From positions 27,623 to 91,622 of the forward strand of contig JASFQK010000028.1 of NCBI GenBank assembly GCA_050115495.1: DNA of 64,000 nt, written 5' to 3'. Made by a program: the position numbers and the translations under genes. The notes beneath the pieces were generated by a model that saw nothing but the letters and a program-made list of their open reading frames with translations, was not told the origin of the DNA and did not search any database. Numbering within the stretch: the stretch's first letter is position 1; each line of letters begins with the position of its first letter. This document shows, one piece after another, positions 60,221-64,000 of the stretch. This stretch comes from Phycisphaerae bacterium (lineage in GTDB: Bacteria > Planctomycetota > Phycisphaerae > UBA1845 > Fen-1342).

Positions 60221-60687
60221 CGAAAGATGCCCTTGCGCCATTCGTAGATGAGGCCGACGGTCAGCACGCCAAGGAAGATCAGGGCCACCACCAGCATGTA
60301 CCCCGGCCCGTAACCTCGCTGGGCCAGGTCGGCAGCCCACTGCGCCGTCGCGCTCGTCTGCCCCGCTTCGCTCGCCGTCAACCCCTCCCGCAGACCGGGG
60401 AACACCTGCGCCCACGGGTACAGGAAAACCACCTCCACGCCGAACACCACGTACATCACGGCGACGAGGTAGAAGCGAACGTTGAACCGCCGGCGGGCGT
60501 CCGTAATCGGCGTCAGGCCCGATTCGTACGTGTCGTCCTTGATCGGTCCGTGCCGGCGTGGACCAAGGACGTGGGCGGCAACCATCATCCCCAGCGCCAT
60601 ACCGATCGCCACCACGACCAGAACCCCAATCGTGGCGAAGTCAGCGGCTGCCAGGGTTAATCCGCACCACATTGGTTCCATATCCAC
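60211..60687 (-). CDS. nuoA: NADH-quinone oxidoreductase subunit A
   Basis: [25 protein letters not shown]. Confidence 0.92.
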   Translation of the reverse strand: MDMEPMWCGLTLAAADFATIGVLVVVAIGMALGMMVAAHVLGPRRHGPIKDDTYESGLTPITDARRRFNVRFYLVAVMYVVFGVEVVFLYPWAQVFPGLREGLTASEAGQTSATAQWAADLAQRGYGPGYMLVVALIFLGVLTVGLIYEWRKGIFRWD

Positions 60688-61112
60688 TACCCGATTATAG
60701 ATGCACGATCTGGGTCGGGGAAAACTTATCGCCAGTACGCGTGCCTGTCCAACATCGGCCGGTAAAAACCCCCGTCGTCCGCTGGCTCACCCCGCGGGCG
60801 GCTCCGTTCGTTATTCGGTGACTTCGGCCCGGGTCAGACCGGCGTGATGCAGGCAAAAAACGAGCGGTCGTCGTGGCACAGTTGGGGGAGGAGAGGAAGG
60901 GAACACGCCACGACAACCGCTCCAAAAGCGTCCCAGCGCAGACGCGAAATTCTTAGCGCCTCCCAGGTGACATTCAATGACTTAATGGCCTTTTTTCTCG
61001 GACTTGCGGCGTCGCATCCGAGAGCGGTTCCCGTCCCCTCACCACCGCCGATCTGCTTGCCTTCTCGGCCACGCGGGCTACGCTGGGGCCCCCCTGCAAA
61101 CGAGGAGAGCCC

Positions 61113-61928
61113 GTGAGCCTGATGGAACTCTTCCGCCACCCGAAGGCCGTCGTCGGCATGATCCACGTGCGTGCCCTGCCGGGTACGCCCCGCCAGCGCC
61201 GCCCGTTGGCCGAGACGGTCGCCGCCGCCGCCGCCGAGGCCCGGCAGCTTACCGAAGCCGGCTGCGACGGCCTGCTAATCGAGAACATGCACGATGTGCC
61301 CTACTTAGCCGGACACGTCGGGCCGGAAATCGTCGCCGGCGTGACCGCTGTCGGCGTCGCCGTCCGCCAAGCCAGCCCCCTGCCGCTGGGCGTGCAGATC
61401 CTGGCGGCGGCGAACCACGAGGCCCTGGCCGTCGCCCTCGGCTGCGACGCGGCGTTCGTCCGTGTCGAGAACTTCGCCTACGCCCACGTCGCGGATGAGG
61501 GTCTCCTGCCCGAGGCCGAAGCCGGCCCGCTGCTCCGCTATCGCCGGCAGATCGGCGCCGAGCACATCCGCATCATCGCCGATGTGAAAAAGAAACACTC
61601 CAGCCACGCGATCACCGCGGACGTGCCGCTCGAAGACGCCGCCCGCACCACCGAATTCTTCGGCGCCGACGGCATCATCGTGACCGGTACCGCGACCGGC
61701 GAGCCGACCTCTGTCGAGGACGTCGCAACGGTCCGCCAAGCGGTGCGCGTGCCCGTCTGCATCGGCTCGGGCCTGACGCCGGAGAACCTACCCCGCCTCT
61801 GGCCGCACACCGACATGTTCATCGTGGGCTCGTACCTGAAGGTGGACGGCCTCTGGTCCAACGAGATTGATCCGCAGCGGCTGGCGACCTTCCTGGACAC
61901 CGCCCGCCGATTGCGAACGGGTGGCTGA
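61113..61928 (+). CDS. BtpA/SgcQ family protein
   Basis: VGMIHVRALPGTP, IENMHDVPY, DVKKKHS, IVTGTATG. Confidence 0.9.
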   Translation: MSLMELFRHPKAVVGMIHVRALPGTPRQRRPLAETVAAAAAEARQLTEAGCDGLLIENMHDVPYLAGHVGPEIVAGVTAVGVAVRQASPLPLGVQILAAANHEALAVALGCDAAFVRVENFAYAHVADEGLLPEAEAGPLLRYRRQIGAEHIRIIADVKKKHSSHAITADVPLEDAARTTEFFGADGIIVTGTATGEPTSVEDVATVRQAVRVPVCIGSGLTPENLPRLWPHTDMFIVGSYLKVDGLWSNEIDPQRLATFLDTARRLRTGG

Positions 61929-61965
61929 GTCGGCGGCGACGCCTCGCCCCACCGAGGATTTCAGT

Positions 61966-62547
61966 ATGAACGACGCCGATGGCAGCAGCCCGGTAGGACG
62001 GCTGGAGGTCGTCAGCGGCTGCATGTTCTCGGGCAAGACGGCCCGGCTGATCGAACGGCTCGAACAGGCCCGCGCCGACGGCCGGAGCGTCTGCGCGTTC
62101 AAGCACGCCCTCGATCGCCGGTACGATACCTGCCGGCTGGCGACGCACGACGGTCGGCGCTTCGACGCCGTCGCGGTGTCCAGCGGCGCCGACATCATCG
62201 AGCAGAGCGCCGCCTATGCCGTGGTCGGCATCGACGAGGCGCACTTCTTCGGGCGGGCGCTGGTCGAGACGTGCACGTCACTTCGGCGGCGCGGCCAGCG
62301 GGTCATCGTCGCCGGCCTGCCGTTCGACGCGTGGGGCCAGCCGTTCCCGCCGCTGCCGGAGTTGCAGGAGTTGGCCGAGCGGGTCGAGGTGCTGCGCGTG
62401 CCGTGCACGAAGTGCGGCCAGCCGGCGTGCTATTCGCAACGCGTGGTTCCGGTAACCAATCCGGACATGGTCGGTGGGCCGGGGGAGTACGAGCCGCGTT
62501 GTCCGGCGTGTTTCGAGCCGCTGCCGCCGCCGGCGCCGGTATACTGA
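61966..62547 (+). CDS. tdk: Thymidine kinase
   Basis: GCMFSGKT, GIDEAHFF, CTKCG, YEPRCPAC. Confidence 0.93.
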   Translation: MNDADGSSPVGRLEVVSGCMFSGKTARLIERLEQARADGRSVCAFKHALDRRYDTCRLATHDGRRFDAVAVSSGADIIEQSAAYAVVGIDEAHFFGRALVETCTSLRRRGQRVIVAGLPFDAWGQPFPPLPELQELAERVEVLRVPCTKCGQPACYSQRVVPVTNPDMVGGPGEYEPRCPACFEPLPPPAPVY

Positions 62548-62673
62548 CGGCGGTCGCCATTTGGAGCGGGGCCTATTGACCGCGACGTGCGCAGCGGCTA
62601 TCCCACGCGTGTTCGCGGGTATGGACGGGTCAGGTCCCGCATTGTGCCGAGCCTGGATAAGGGAGAGTTCAGC

Positions 62674-63465
62674 GTGGTGAAGCCCAAGGTCGCCTGTGTT
62701 GGAGGGGGTGTTGTCGGTACGGCGATGCGCAAGCTGTGCGGTTCCGAGACGGTCGTCTACGACATTCGGAAGGAGCCGGGCTATACGCAGAACAAGGATG
62801 AGGTCAACGCCTGCGACGTGTGCTTCATCAGCGTGCCGACGCCGATGCGCGAGGACGGCACCTGCCACACCGGCATCGTCGAAGAGGTGGTCAGTTGGAT
62901 CGAGTGCCCGCTGATCATCATTCGCTCGACCGTTTCTCCCGGCACGACCGACCGCCTGTCCGAGAAGTACGGGCGGAACCTCGTCTTCCAGCCCGAGTAC
63001 CTCGGCGAAACGCCTGCCCACATCTTCGGCACGATGGCCGAGCGTGAGTTCGTGGTCCTCGGCGGTACGCCCGAGTTGACCTCGAAGGCCGCCGACTTCT
63101 ACAAGCACTACTACAATGCATACGTGCAGTTTTACTTCTGCGACGCGATCACCGCGGAAGTCTGCAAGTACATGGAGAACGCGTTCTACGCCGTCAAGGT
63201 GACGTTCGTAAACGAGTTCTACGACATCGCCAAGGCGCACGGCGTCGATTACAACGTGCTGCGTGAAGCGTGGCTGGCGGACACCCGCATCAGCCGCGAC
63301 CACACCTTCGTCTTCCCCGACGCCCGTGGCTTCTCCGGCAAGTGCCTGCCGAAGGACTGCAACGCCATCGTCCAATCCAGCCTCCAGCGCGGCTACACGC
63401 CGAAGTTCATGCAGGCCTGTTTGGCCATCAACGATGACTTTCAGGCGATGAACGAGAAGCGCTAG
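62674..63465 (+). CDS. UDP-glucose/GDP-mannose dehydrogenase family protein (short, no C-terminal domain)
   Basis: GGGVVG, FISVPTP, RSTVSPGTT, PEYL, KYMENAF, GFSGKCLPKD. Confidence 0.85.
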   Translation: MVKPKVACVGGGVVGTAMRKLCGSETVVYDIRKEPGYTQNKDEVNACDVCFISVPTPMREDGTCHTGIVEEVVSWIECPLIIIRSTVSPGTTDRLSEKYGRNLVFQPEYLGETPAHIFGTMAEREFVVLGGTPELTSKAADFYKHYYNAYVQFYFCDAITAEVCKYMENAFYAVKVTFVNEFYDIAKAHGVDYNVLREAWLADTRISRDHTFVFPDARGFSGKCLPKDCNAIVQSSLQRGYTPKFMQACLAINDDFQAMNEKR

Positions 63466-63564
63466 TCGAGCGCGTCGCGGCGAATCGCGGCAGGCAACGA
63501 GGCAACCCCTTCGACTGCGCTCAGGGTGCCAAGGCAACGAGGCAGAGGCCCGGGCGGCCACCCC

Positions 63565-63736
63565 GTAGCGCCGGCCCCCTGTGGCCGACGTCTTTGTAGC
63601 GGCCGGTCTCCGTGCCGGCCGTCTTCGTAGCGCCGGCCCCCCGTGGCCGACGTCTCTGTAGCGTCCGGGCTCCGCACCGAACGTCCCGTAGCGTCGGCCC
63701 CCCGTGGCCGACGTCGACCGACGCGCGGCGCCCTAC
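63565..63736. repeat. Tandem array of GTAG-type REP hairpins
   Basis: GTAGCG units at 63565, 63596, 63627, 63658, 63688, plus an inverted GTAG unit ending 63736. Confidence 0.8.
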
Positions 63737-63999
63737 GTTTGTCGATTCGCGCGTTTGCGGAGTGCTGATCTCCTGGTGGAGGTGGGGGGCGTTGGGGGTG
63801 GTTGTCGGCGGGGTAGGAGGGTGGCGAGGAGGCGGGGGAGCCAGGAGCGCGGCGGCGGCTGGCGGTGGTTGGTGGGAGGTGACGCCGGCTGGCGGCCGTT
63901 TTGCTTCCAGATGGCGTAACGCTGCGTGAAGTACTGGCCGGCGGCGAAGACGATTCGCCGGGCTAAGCCGGTCCAGGCGTCGTCGGTTACGCCGTAATG
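63733..63999 (-). CDS. 3' end of an unknown CDS entering from the window edge
   Basis: Open frame HYGVTDDAWTGLARRIVFAAGQYFTQRYAIWK..., Pro-rich tail, TAG at 63733-63735. Confidence 0.45.
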   Translation of the reverse strand, partial: HYGVTDDAWTGLARRIVFAAGQYFTQRYAIWKQNGRQPASPPTNHRQPPPRSWLPRLLATLLPRRQPPPTPPTSTRRSALRKRANRQT

Positions 64000-64000
64000 G

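Noticed and set aside
63565..63715. CRISPR or TIGR-like array
   Set aside because: All units are related GTAG hairpins with no unique spacers, no box C/D-like motifs, and no cas genes in the window.
63733..63999. Group II intron maturase or RAYT identity for the edge ORF ('HYGVTD')
   Set aside because: Too little sequence, and no intron domain V/VI or RAYT motif is visible.

Overview
GC-rich bacterial chromosome segment, most likely Planctomycetota (Phycisphaerae-like; inferred from the dockerin-tailed beta-helix protein, the H-X-DG prepilin-like protein and CxxCGYDLRG zinc-ribbon membrane proteins). Most of it is housekeeping: trpE, a K+ channel, trmJ/rsmG, xylB, dusB, etfAB, metF, an ECF sigma/anti-sigma pair, an ABC exporter, sucD, waaA, a complete minus-strand nuoA-N operon, btpA, tdk and a short UDP-sugar dehydrogenase. 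Three things stand out. (1) An accessory, more AT-rich region (~17.9-24.9 kb) downstream of the tRNA-Glu(CTC) 3' end carries a GAF-GAF histidine kinase / receiver / GAF-class III cyclase operon whose cyclase lacks both canonical purine-selecting residues. (2) The same region has a small HNH-nuclease two-gene operon behind a sigma70-type promoter and a ~200-nt highly structured leader, with a possible antisense promoter. (3) A signal-peptide-bearing GH10-fold protein lacking its catalytic nucleophile is translationally coupled to nuoH inside the complex I operon. Other apparent pseudoenzymes, GTAG-type REP elements and a candidate anti-SD sRNA are also noted. All calls come from motif reading by eye; no searches were run, and many starts were moved from the ORF track to better RBS or overlap positions.
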